DNA of 61,992 nt, the filler included, from Dirinaria sp. TL-2023a (lineage: Eukaryota), in assembly GCA_051941275.1 (NCBI GenBank). It is 8 parts of 8 records of this genome, joined end to end, with 100 filler letters (N's around TTAATTAATTAA, not from the genome) between each part and the next. Parts side by side here need not be neighbours in the genome. Positions count along the whole stretch, not along the records: positions 31,093 to 38,754 come from JAVEBF010001286.1; positions 38,855 to 46,510 come from JAVEBF010001287.1; positions 46,611 to 54,262 come from JAVEBF010001288.1; 5 more parts are not named here. One strand, given 5' to 3'. The notes beneath the pieces are model-generated. The model was not told the DNA's origin, ran no database searches, and saw only the letters and a program-made list of their open reading frames with translations. The position numbers were made by a program, and so were the translations under genes. Positions 35,825-46,653 of this stretch are shown here, piece after piece (the first letter of the stretch is position 1; each line of letters opens with the position of its first letter).

Positions 35825-36942
35825 GGTTGTGGATCGCGCACCGATAAAACAGAGTTATGAACTGCGTCATGTGGGCTGTGTTGGTAGCATACAAAGATCA
35901 CTCCTTTATCTGAGCACAGGCATAGTAAGATGTGGCGAAGACGGCAGATGTTGCATGGGACACATCATCGTTGAATAACTCAGAGAATCACCTACTGTTA
36001 AAGGCTATGTACGAGCGCGCGTAGGGCCGGCCCTATCTATCTAGCAATGATATCGAGGTCTTGAACGTGCCACGGCCAGTGGGTAAACTTGACAGACGAG
36101 GCAGATGCAAGATGATGCAGGGGCTCCAGCAAATAGGCAATTAGGACGCGGTGGCTCGCTCGCGACCCGTGCTGCAAGAGATCAGTTGCACTTGCGCAAC
36201 ATTTGAAAGGTACAAATGCCTTTGAATGCGGCCGTGCGCAAATGCAGAATCCAGTCTAAAGTCGATGTCTTGATGATCGGCCAGCGAACAGAGTCCCTAA
36301 AAAAAATTAGTGACAGTATCTAGAGTAGCGTAAGGTACCGGGCAACGAAGTACTGAGAGCGCTTGGAGAAATGTACAGTAGATGGTAAATGAGGGTCGCG
36401 TCGATATGTCGCTTGCGCGGCTAACAGACTAGCTTGTCTCATCCTTGAATAATGTAACCACCATGCCAAATATGTCTACCTCATAAAGTATACCAGTAGA
36501 TCCAAGCTTTTAGGTGTTTTTTTTTTTTGAGAGAGTCAATAATTGTTTTGATCCAACAGAGGCTTGAGCCGAGCCGAGGCGTTTATCCGTCCATCGAGCA
36601 TTCGAGCTCCCGTGGGGTCATCGCGCTAATGTTATGCTTTAGGTTGTGATTTGCCAGTCTGCTTGACCGCCAGCACGGGAGCTGCGTAGGCGTTTTCGGA
36701 TTTTTGTTTTTGGGACTAAAACATCTTCCTTCCTTTGCCAGGATCGTTGCCTAGGAGTGGTGCGTTACTCCATCATTGGCGTAACCATCTTTGTACCAAG
36801 CCGCGTTTGGTGAAAGTGCAATCTTTTCAACTGCGTAAGGCATCAAAGACGTTCGGCTGAAGCCCAGCGGCATTGTCCTGGGCAGACACAAGCCCGGTGC
36901 AAGACGGTCTTGAAGTGCCTTGCTTGCTTCGACCTGCCGCTT

Positions 36943-38148
36943 TCATATCCTCATAATGGAGAAATATAATCTCCTGGTGTTCTGGCCGGTAAAATATTTC
37001 TTCTCCTTCTTCTCGATATCGAAACCCTCATCCTTGCGGGTCTCCTTCCCAAAGTCTTCTGGAGCCTGAAATACTGCGTTTACCTTCAGCGGCACCCCTG
37101 CAGCTCTGCCCGCCTCCTGCCACAGCTTTTCAAAGGACTCCGGGTTATGCCTGTACACGGTCCTCTTTTCGCCATTCTCGAGGTCTGCGAAAGGAGGCTT
37201 TAAAGGTACCTCGCCAGGATCGCTACTTCCGGCTTGAGAGCCGAGGACGAGGCTCCCAGGCTTGTTCGCGAGAAGGCGAAGGATTCGGGTTGCGGCTTTC
37301 AGTTGGCTAGCCCGGTTGAAGAGGTGTAAGAACATGGTGATACTGATGATATCGCATTGACCGGGTCCTAGCTGCGTCATGAGCTTGCCTTTTGTGAATA
37401 TATCGTTTTCAGCCATCATGTCGTCTGCCAGGAAGTGTCCAGGCGGGACACGGTCGCGGTCACGCCACAGATCGTAACTCAGGTCTTCGTACTCATAAAA
37501 CAGATCAGAGGCGTAGAGATTGGATGCCGGAGCCCCATCGAATATGCACCGTCGGATGTCCTGGCCAAGACAGGAGCCGAGATCTAGGAGCGTGTTTCCT
37601 GATTTCAGTCGTGGGAGCACCATCGTATGGTAAAGGGGATGAAGGGAGAGACCGAAAGAGAGAAACCAAAATTCTCCAATACAGGGCCAGGGGAAGATGC
37701 CCCAAGCTTTGTCTCGCTAGTGAGCAAGAGGACGTTAGCTCCGACAGCTGAACAAGCGAGCATCTTACAGCGCGCCAAAGCAATTGTGTTGTAGCCAGGG
37801 CCTCCAACATGATGTGTCTAGCAGGACGGTATTGGGATGCAAGAAGACGGCTGCGTCATGATTTCTTTTGCAAGCCTACTACCGAAAGAGCATAATTGCA
37901 CAGGAAACCATGTCGAAGCTCACGAAGCACAAGATCCTGCCAGTTCAAGCCCACCGGACCGTAGAAAGTATACAGATACTTACAACACTATAGACATGTC
38001 CTTCCACGTCCTCTGGCCGAATGCCACTATATTCCTCCAGCATATGACGTGCTTGGGGCGTAAGCTCCTTATCCAGAACATGGTGATACCAGGGCCAGGA
38101 GACACTGCGGGAGCCTTCTGGTACCGGGCGGTCCAACATCTTTGCCAT
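36943..38148 (-). CDS. Class I SAM-dependent methyltransferase (AusD/Trt5-like fungal family)
   Basis: Intron 37717-37983. Motifs LEEYSGI, RDKAW..PWPCIG.F.FL, LLDLGSCLGQDIR, LYASDL and MFLHLF. Confidence 0.9.
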
Positions 38149-38560
38149 TTTCGGAGTCTGGATCGGTCACTGGGTTAATTGAATCAAAATGTGTTTGACG
38201 CACGCAAGCATAGGTTGATCGCGACTTTGAGTGGGGTGATGCGTTCCCTGAGGCAGTCACTCGGAAGATGCATCAGTCCAAATCCGGGCTGGGGGCGAAA
38301 TTTCGCATGCACCGATAACACCTTCCTCTATACCAGAGCCTGGTGAATAGCAGAGTTTCGGGCGTGGAACCGGCTATGCAGGAATTGGGGGTTGCGATCC
38401 TTTGCGTATAATCCTTTTCGTATTTGGACCAGGTAAGCTGACCGTTTCCGAGGAAGATGATGATGTTCTTGCCCAGGCCAAGTCACCGGTCCCTGCCAAT
38501 ATATTGAAGGCGTATCGTGGAACGGATTGCAGCCTGCATTGGCGCTGGTCGCATGCGTAG

Positions 38561-38660
38561 CAGGTATCTGCGTAAGAGGTATCACCGTACGAGGTATCAC
38601 CGTCAGAGATATCACCGGCAGAGATATCACCGTCAGAGGTATCACCGTCAGAGGTATCTA
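38561..38660. repeat. 15-bp tandem repeat (~6.5 copies, consensus GAGGTATCACCGTCA)
   Basis: Units start at 38561, 38576, 38591, 38606, 38621, 38636 and 38651; minus strand reads DTSDG/DISAG pentapeptides. Confidence 0.93.
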
Positions 38661-38754
38661 TCATGCTATCGCGCTTCAAGTTAAAATTCCGACGCAAAAT
38701 CAACCTCAGACAAGCAGACACTGATGACTAATCCCGTTTCAGTGCCCTCAGGAA

Positions 38755-38854
38755 NNNNNNNNNNNNNNNNNNNNNNNNNNNNNNNNNNNNNNNNNNNNTT
38801 AATTAATTAANNNNNNNNNNNNNNNNNNNNNNNNNNNNNNNNNNNNNNNNNNNN
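38755..38854. other. Artificial contig linker
   Basis: N44-TTAATTAATTAA-N44. Confidence 0.99.
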
Positions 38855-40023
38855 CCCCTCAGTCCCTGCCCTTTCTTCACTTTCCCCTCCCCGCTCTCCA
38901 GTTCCCTGATCTCCTTCCGTTTATAATCGAGCAAGAGCTCCAACTCGCGCTTCACGAGCGCGGGCTTTGATTCGTTTTCCCTTCTTCTTCTCCGAGATGA
39001 TGATGATGAGTTTGGGGAAGAAGAAGCCGCAGCCTCGATGCGCGCGATCTTCGCCTCGAGATCCGTCAGTTGGCGTTTCAGCCGCACTTCCTCCCAATCG
39101 GCCGAGAGCGGGGCGGAGGAGAAATCCGTGCCCTGGGAGGAAGGGGTGTGGCCCAGGCGCGAGAGGTATGTGTCTCCGAACTTCCCTTTGCGGGACGATG
39201 CCGTCTCCGGTTCTGCGGGTTTGTGGCTGGCAGAAGTGAGGTTGTAGTCGATGTTCCTGGTTTCGAAGCTGGCGCGCAGCGAAGCGGGGATGGTGCGCGG
39301 GATACGGTACCCTTCGTGGCGCTGGTTGAGGATGTGGAGGAAGGCGAGCGCGGCGTCTTTCCCGATCGCCGCTTCTTGGGACGGGTTCACCAGGTTCCAC
39401 GCGCTGCGGATATCGGTGTCTGGCACGTCGAGGCTGGCGTAGAGCGGTTCGAGGGAGGTGAAGGAGAGGGATCCGTGAGGTGATTTGTTCGCTGTGTAAA
39501 TCGATTCGTATTTCGATTTGTCGGAGGGGTTCATGTACCATGAGAAATCATCTTTGAGGCCCGGCTCGTCTTCTGACGACGGCGTGGGTGAGGGGGGTGG
39601 GATGTCAGAATGCCCCGCGAGAGCGGACGAGGCGGTTATGAGATGCGATTTGGAGGAGGGGACGAGGAATGAGGGAAGGGTGCTGGGCACGTCGGCGTAT
39701 TCCTAAAGCCCGTATCTTCGAATAAGTAATTATTATGAAGAGATTGGTTTTTGTTGGCGGATTGGGGGAGGCAGGATATTTACGCCATTGACAAGGTCGA
39801 AGATCAGGCGCATGGCCACACAGAATTCCTCGAAATCCAGATTGCCATCGTTGTCGATGTCGGCAATATCCCAGACACGTTCGAGTTGGTCGTCACGCAG
39901 GTTGCTATTTTTGAGGATGGGTGCTGCTTGGGCCCCGGTGAGATGGGTGCCGCCATTGGAGAGGGGAGCGAAAAGTGTCCAGTATTTTTCAACTTCCCAC
40001 TGTTCGATCTTCTTGTTCGACAT
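38855..40023 (-). CDS. END3: Actin cytoskeleton-regulatory complex protein End3 (EH domains), 3' end truncated by contig end
   Basis: [51 protein letters not shown]; intron 39703-39783; [11 protein letters not shown] and LLDYKRKE. Confidence 0.95.
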
Positions 40024-40358
40024 GGTTCTCAATGTAGAGAGGAGCTGAGGCTGGCATGAATTAGAAGTCAAGCGGAGTCACTCCAAGTATTGGAAGTTCT
40101 ACGGACTTTACGGGGATACGTCTCCGTAACATTACATTAAATAGAATACTGGTTCAATGGGTGAGCAAACCTATGAAGGGTGCAATATTTCAATGTATGA
40201 ACTTATTCGAGGCTGAATACTATCAGCATGCTCAGAAAGCGAACTTCAAAGCACCATGAATGCCTGAGCATGCACCAGCAACGCCGCAGCTAGTGGAGTC
40301 CGCATTTGATACTTTACCTAACACCTCAGCCATGCGCAAATCCTCAAGCTAACGTCTT

Positions 40359-42650
40359 TCAATGTCTGCTGCCTCCTTTCGCCATTACTTTTCTACTTTT
40401 TGCTAGACTTTCGCCCCCTTTGCTGTTCTCCTCGTGAGCAAGACGCTTGCCAAGCACGTTGGTTTGCTCCTTCGCCTGATAGCCAGCGTCAAAGGTTGGC
40501 GACCCTGCCATGCTTGACTGTAGCTGTGGTGTATTGGAACCAGATGGTGGGGCTGTTGGATTTCTCGACCTTGCCGGACTCGGTTGACCTTGGTATTGGA
40601 ATCCAGCTGGGTTGGATCCTCGTGCCACTCCATACGCAACATTAGAGGTACCTGGACGCTTAATTGGAACCATCGAACCGGACCGTTTCGGGAAGTCTTG
40701 AGACATCTCACCCACTAGAACTACTGGGTGGCGACCTTCGCCTATGGATCGCGACTCCCCAGGCGCTGGTCGAGGTGTGCTTTGCCCTTCAGCTGCCATC
40801 TTGTGCTGCGGTTGCTGATGAGCATCAGTATCTTTGTGTAAATCTTTCTCACCACGAGAAGAAGGGAAGCAGGTATTCTGGTCATGGCTGTCGTCTCTGG
40901 AGCCTACGTTTCTTAAGACGTCAGCATTATTCGGCTGCAGGACGTTTTTATGAGCCAATGGACCACGATGGCCATGCACAGTGGCAGAAGGATCTTTGGT
41001 CGGGTTTTGACCCACGCTCGAGTCTCGAATGATGGAACGAGGATGCGCCATAACTTCTTCTATAGACGCATCACTCTTCGCGTTAGGGCCTTTCAATTTT
41101 TGGTTTGCAGGTGGTGCGTCCGGAAGCCATGCTTGCCTCTGGGTAGAAAGTTGAGGCGGTAGCGAGAATGGAGCCGCGAGAGGCGGAATCTGGTAAGGCT
41201 CTTTGCTTGGTGGTCCTGATGTATCGGCATCAGGTTGGACCGAGTCAAGCTGTACTTCTTTTGGCGACTTAAGGGCGTAGGCTGGGCCCCCCTTTTCCAT
41301 TGGTATGGCTTTGCCTTGCGTACCAGGTATAGCAAGCGCGTCTTTCGCATGAGGGGGGCGACTTTGCCTTCTTGTAACTGTAGTGGGTGGCCTTGGCTTT
41401 TGATATATGTTGACCGGCGGAAGAGTAGGTCGAGGCAATGCCTTCGCATCTGCATTAATATCTAGAGGCAGAGTTGAGGGTGGAGCGGGTGTCGGAGAGA
41501 TATGTGCTTCCGTAGATCCACTATGCGTCTCTTTATCGTCTCCGTCATTCAAAAAACTCGTCCAGTGGTCGAGGATCTCTGGCTTGATTCCGCATGTTTT
41601 CAAGTATACTTTGGCCAGCGTCACATCCCTTCCAGTTGAAGTTAGGTAGTCGATCTTGCCATCGACAATGAAAAGCTGCCTCTTCATCTGCCGCTGATAT
41701 CCGCCATTGACTAAATGATCCACCTCCTTCTTGCTGCCCGTGAGCAAGCTGTTCTCAACCATCCTATGCAATGAGTCGATCACAGTCTCTTCAGCATCCA
41801 GGTACTGATTCCTTATCCGAAGCTGCTCACGCATTGACACTCGCTGGCGTAGTCGGAGCCGTAGCGCTTTGAAAGTCACTTCCAGATTTTCGTGGCCTTC
41901 TCCGACGGTATCAATGATATCCAGCTGAAGAGCGAGCGGGAGATGCTCCCATTGAGGGTTTGAAAGGTCAGCCTTCTATAATTACCATGTAAGCCTCTAC
42001 TATCTAAATTGAGGTGCAAAAAGCCTCACATGCCGTTCCCGAGGCCCATCGTCTTCATCTTCATCGCTTGTTTCCATCTCCGCTGCAGCCCATGCCTCAT
42101 CTGTGCGTTTGCTCAACTTCTCCAGAAGCTTCATGTTATTGACAAAGACAGGGTTTTCGGATCCGTTACTGCTCATTTCGCATGGTGGGCTTGGAGTTCG
42201 TGTCGGCGACATTGTGAGCCGTTGTGACCAAACCGCTTTATCAATTGAGGTATACATGTTGGAAACGTCAAAGATGGAATTCCCACTATGTGGCTGTTCA
42301 CACAAAGCATCAACTGACTGGACCTGGTTATTGGAGGTGGCCAGAGTTGTTGGAGTTTGGGGGTGCGGGTTTGGGGTTGATGATTCACTCGAGTCAGGGG
42401 CACTAGCTTCCTTTATGGTTGGTTCATCTTCCTCTTCCTTTTCTTCTTCCACCTCCTCCACCACCACCTGGCCCAAAGAAATCGTCGGAAACGCTGCTGG
42501 CCGTAAATTTGGGTTAAATTCGACGATTTTGCCCTTGTAAGCGGGTTTCACAGCCTTTGGGGAGGCACGGTACACTTCGTGCTGGTTGGGATCGTGGTAG
42601 TCTCGGTCATCATAGAAGGTGCGACGCTTGATACTTTTCCGCAGATTCAT
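40359..42650 (-). CDS. Hypothetical, largely disordered protein (~745 aa, 2 exons)
   Basis: ORFs 42000-42650 and 40359-41879 join in frame through intron 41976-42029 (GTGAGG..TAG). Contains EFNPNLRPAAFPT. Confidence 0.72.
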
Positions 42651-43205
42651 GGCTGCAATTTTGAGAAAATTCTCGGCACTGACACCAACACAACACTTTG
42701 CTTCGGACAGAGCAAAGACAGTCAGTTACACGCAGACGGTCGCGAGGTCGCGAGGTATCAGCGATGGATGCCAAGCTATGAAGGGTTCAGGGACCAAGTC
42801 TGAACTGGTGATGAAGGGGGGGGAAATGGATGGGTTCAAGTTTGGAGAGGAAGGTTGGAGGAATTCAAAGTCAAGGAGATCGCAGCTGCGAATCTTACTT
42901 GTATGTATAGACACATAAAGCAGTGATGGTCATGAGGACGACCCATTCACTTAGCGGGGCTTCCCAAGTGATGTGCCGATGCCTCACGCAAAATCACCAA
43001 ATAATCTCCAACCCAGCTTCGTCATCTCCTTCAAGCGACGATCAATAACTTTGTGCAAGCCAGTTTTGTAACTAGAGTGTTGCCGTTTTCGAACAATGAG
43101 AAGAAGCTAAATTGTTGACACCTAATCTGCCAAACTCCAACTGCCACATGTCAGGTGTCGTGCACTTGAACAGGTCTATTGTTGATGTGTAATTTTGGAC
43201 AATGA

Positions 43206-44171
43206 TCAATCCTCGAAGGGTGCAATGGCCGTCCTGTCCTCAAACCTTGCGCTGTCCTCATCGTTGTCCAGTTCCATCTCGTCATAGGTGTCGTTCAAAG
43301 TCCGCTTGCCATGCTGAAGAGGCTTTGCTCTATTTCCAGTATGATTTTCTATGGCGAAATGAGTAGACGACTCAGCGGCTCGCATGACATCACGCTTGGC
43401 TTTGAGTATAGCCTCATAAGTCTTGAGTAGATGCTTCATAGGGTCATTGATCGATACCGCAAATCGCTGGGCTTGAGTGAATTGCATTGCCTTAACGCAT
43501 TCCATGGAATACATTGCCATCAAGTACGCAACGATGAGTGCAGCCGAGCGCTCGTTGCCTGTCTCACAGAATACTAAGACTTTGCCCGGCGTTGACGTCG
43601 AAGGATCTAGCCCGATAGTTTCCAGAGGCTGGCCATGACGCGAATTGAACTGATCAGAAAGGTGCTGATTGATCAGTTCAATCGCAATTGGAAACGCAGC
43701 GATGAGCTCCTGGCTCCCAGCTACATCAACCGTACGCGACGGAATACCAAGCAACTCTGCGGCTTTAGAACCGAGGAGCCTTGCTTGCGCTGACAAAGTA
43801 TCGCGCACAGCCACCACCATGGTGATTCTTTCTCTCTGAAGAAAAGCAGAGTCCCGGGCTGCCATGTACGGGCCGAGAAATAAAAACGGTAGAATTTGCT
43901 GAGCCTGTCGTCGCCGCTCGTATTTCCAGTCTAGCAGCGCATTTGTTGTCACAAGATTGTCATAGGTGACAGTCTTCAAGAATTCGATATTTGCGAACCC
44001 GTTGCTTTCGAAATCTTGAGGGTTTTGGCTGAGCTGAAAATCCGGTATTCCCCGGGCGTTCAGGCGGGGAGGCGGCACATGAACACTAGGAGGTGAGGGT
44101 ACCCGATAACTCCAGGCTTGGGCTGGTAAGTGAGCACCCTCGGATCCTGGTGGCCGTAATGAATTGTCCAT
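43206..44171 (-). CDS. Dual-specificity phosphatase family protein (fungal STYX-like)
   Basis: WKYERRRQAQQILPFLFLGP and GKVLVFCETGNERSAALIVAYLM (CX5R); ATG at MDNSLRPP. Confidence 0.9.
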   Translation of the reverse strand: MDNSLRPPGSEGAHLPAQAWSYRVPSPPSVHVPPPRLNARGIPDFQLSQNPQDFESNGFANIEFLKTVTYDNLVTTNALLDWKYERRRQAQQILPFLFLGPYMAARDSAFLQRERITMVVAVRDTLSAQARLLGSKAAELLGIPSRTVDVAGSQELIAAFPIAIELINQHLSDQFNSRHGQPLETIGLDPSTSTPGKVLVFCETGNERSAALIVAYLMAMYSMECVKAMQFTQAQRFAVSINDPMKHLLKTYEAILKAKRDVMRAAESSTHFAIENHTGNRAKPLQHGKRTLNDTYDEMELDNDEDSARFEDRTAIAPFED

Positions 44172-45142
44172 TTTCGAAGGCGCTGGTAACAGTATGCCTT
44201 TGATGCCACTACTAAGCGGTGAGAAAGGACAATAAACAAGGCTGGGAAAATAGCTGCAGTTTTGCGAAGAAGAAAAAGCCCCACCCACTTCACTCTGTCT
44301 CCTTGGAAACCACACCTTCTTGCAGACAGCGCAGGAATTGCCCACAGTTGTTCATATTATCGCACATATTGACTTGCGGCTCATTCAAATCTCAATCACG
44401 ATCGTTCATGCTCGTAGGTGGCTGACTCATGAAGATATGTCCAGGATGTTTTTGTGAGAGGTCTTGAAGGTGACTGTCAAATGCTTGCTAGATTTTATTC
44501 CTGGGCAGCTCACTATCACTATAGACGAATCTTGTGCACCTGAATAGAATGTCTTTCATCAGAACTCGAAGCGCTTTTTGATACTGGAAATGATTCTTTA
44601 CAGTACAAGCGTCTTGCTGAGTAAGCCACTTACACTACCTTAAGGTAAAATAGTATTTCTTCTAAGCCCACATTTTAAACATCCGGATTCCGGTCCTCAT
44701 CATCAGCCTTTTCTTCCACTCAAAACTTCGCACTCAGCGTCTTTACTACTTTTTTGACCCTTTCATCCTTTTCGATACTAGATCACGGTTTGGACATCAT
44801 GCGCTGTTCTAGATCAGGTGTGTTTTTCTCCTGAACAACCAGCGTGTAAGCTTTTGAGGAGGCTTTCGAACATTCTCTGCAAAACAAATACTTTGAGGAA
44901 TTGGAAGACCGCTGCTTAAATAAAGATCCTAGCAAAAATTCCAGCACGAGAGAGTTCGAATACGGGAAAAGAAACCATTCTATAGTTGATCTATCCTATC
45001 GATGATGGCATACGTAGAGAAATCATCATAGCGCTGACTTAATGCCTCGCTCTCTGCCCCTGTCCCTAACAGCAAATGAAACTCTCTCCCCTGCTAAGCT
45101 GCTTCCTCTATACGGCTATTTATCGTCCTAGGGACCTACGCC

Positions 45143-45754
45143 TCATACTACAGTACAAACGACCGTGCTGTCAGGCTGCACCCCTGCGCGTAAATGCAAT
45201 TGATACCAGTCATGCTGATGCTGCAATAGATTGCCATTATAATACAGTTCAACCCTGGAAAGATCGGCGCATCCAACAAATTCACCTGCACGTCGACGCA
45301 GCTCACCGACTGTCGCAGAGCCGGCGAAGAATTGAAATGTCCAGAAACGTGTAATGTATTGATTCGGCCCATGCAGGATGAAAACTTTGATTGGCCGTTC
45401 TTCCCCGGCATTTGAGGGGCAAGTATTTGTACTGGTCTTGGCTTCAGGCTCAGGTGTAGGCGTCCGAGGTTCTGGGACATGTTGGGAAGCGGATGATGAG
45501 CCAGCAGCAGCCTCTTCGCCCTCGTCATTGTCTTCGGGATAGTCAGGTTCGTTGAAGTAATCCTCTTTAGCATCGTTTGCGTGAGATTTATTGCGGATAG
45601 TGTTCCCAAGGGAATGAGCCTTTTGGGTATCAGTTTGGAAGCTATCGTCGTCATGAGAGTTGGGTGCTTTAGACTTGATGCCGATGCCAGGTAGTGAGTG
45701 AAGTGTGCTGGAGGGTGTGGATGCAGTATTGACGGATAAGTCAGCAACGGCCAT
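45143..45754 (-). CDS. Hypothetical protein with acidic linker and C-terminal ubiquitin-like domain
   Basis: IKVFI...ATVGELRRR...VELYYNGNLL...GVQPDSTVVC resembles the beta-grasp Ubl pattern; no terminal GG. Confidence 0.6.
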   Translation of the reverse strand: MAVADLSVNTASTPSSTLHSLPGIGIKSKAPNSHDDDSFQTDTQKAHSLGNTIRNKSHANDAKEDYFNEPDYPEDNDEGEEAAAGSSSASQHVPEPRTPTPEPEAKTSTNTCPSNAGEERPIKVFILHGPNQYITRFWTFQFFAGSATVGELRRRAGEFVGCADLSRVELYYNGNLLQHQHDWYQLHLRAGVQPDSTVVCTVV

Positions 45755-46510
45755 TTTGTAGGTTGACCTAGAGGATAAGATGAGGTGATATGGCTCAGAC
45801 TCATGATTTTCCGGGTCATCACCTGTTTTTAATAGTGTCCTTGCACAAAGCCATGCCGCTAGACAACGAATAGCACCTGCAACCAACTTTAGCAAAGAAA
45901 GCAAACAGGACGTTGATGTTGTGTCTGTCAGTTCTCAAAGCAGTTTATGCACCTTTTGATCAGGAATACTGCATACCTTATCTTGCATCCAGCTTTGAAA
46001 GGAATCAAAGAACTTCCGACTTGGTAGCTGGAGACTGGATGCTTGGCAAATTGTCGCTCAATTCTCCTGATTTGTTAAGATAACGGAGCAACAAACCGTC
46101 AAAGAAAAAAGGAAAGGATTCCTCTGTTGCAGACAGCAAGCTCCGGTGCTTCATCTGTCTTGACACTGCCTGAGCTATCTTTAGAGCCCGACTGCCTTGA
46201 GAATTTTATATCGTAGCAAGAGAACCAATAGCTTCTAATCTCTTATGCTCGACGAGCAGAACTCATCTTGGGTCGCCTCTGCTATCGCAATGCTATAACT
46301 GTCGGTCAGCTCAGCAGCGAAATGATCCATAACTCTACGATATGGGTTAGATCATCGGCAGCTTCACAAAGACAAGATGATATTGGCCGTTCTCATATCC
46401 ACACCCTTCTTCATGACTGCAACCCCTTCGCCATTTTTTATCCCTTTTGCCTGAGCTTCTAATTGAACCATCCCGTTGTACTTCGGCAATCTTAAATTAC
46501 TGGCCACATG

Positions 46511-46610
46511 NNNNNNNNNNNNNNNNNNNNNNNNNNNNNNNNNNNNNNNNNNNNTTAATTAATTAANNNNNNNNNNNNNNNNNNNNNNNNNNNNNNNNNN
46601 NNNNNNNNNN
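46511..46610. other. Artificial contig linker
   Basis: N44-TTAATTAATTAA-N44. Confidence 0.99.
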
Positions 46611-46653
46611 TCCCCCACCCAATCCGATCCGTTTCTTGCTCCACACAACTCAG

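Noticed and set aside
36943..38148. Secondary-metabolite cluster around the methyltransferase (or around the SDR at 21886)
   Set aside because: No PKS, NRPS or terpene backbone gene on either short contig.
38625..38656. TATCACCGTCAGAGGTA matches phage lambda OR1 (TATCACCGCCAGAGGTA, recalled) at 16/17, twice
   Set aside because: It arises from overlapping units of a 15-bp tandem repeat. There is no flanking lambda cI/cro or promoter sequence, so I treat it as coincidence.
38561..38660. Possible CRISPR-like array
   Set aside because: Units are head to tail with no spacers, no cas genes are present, and the context is eukaryotic.
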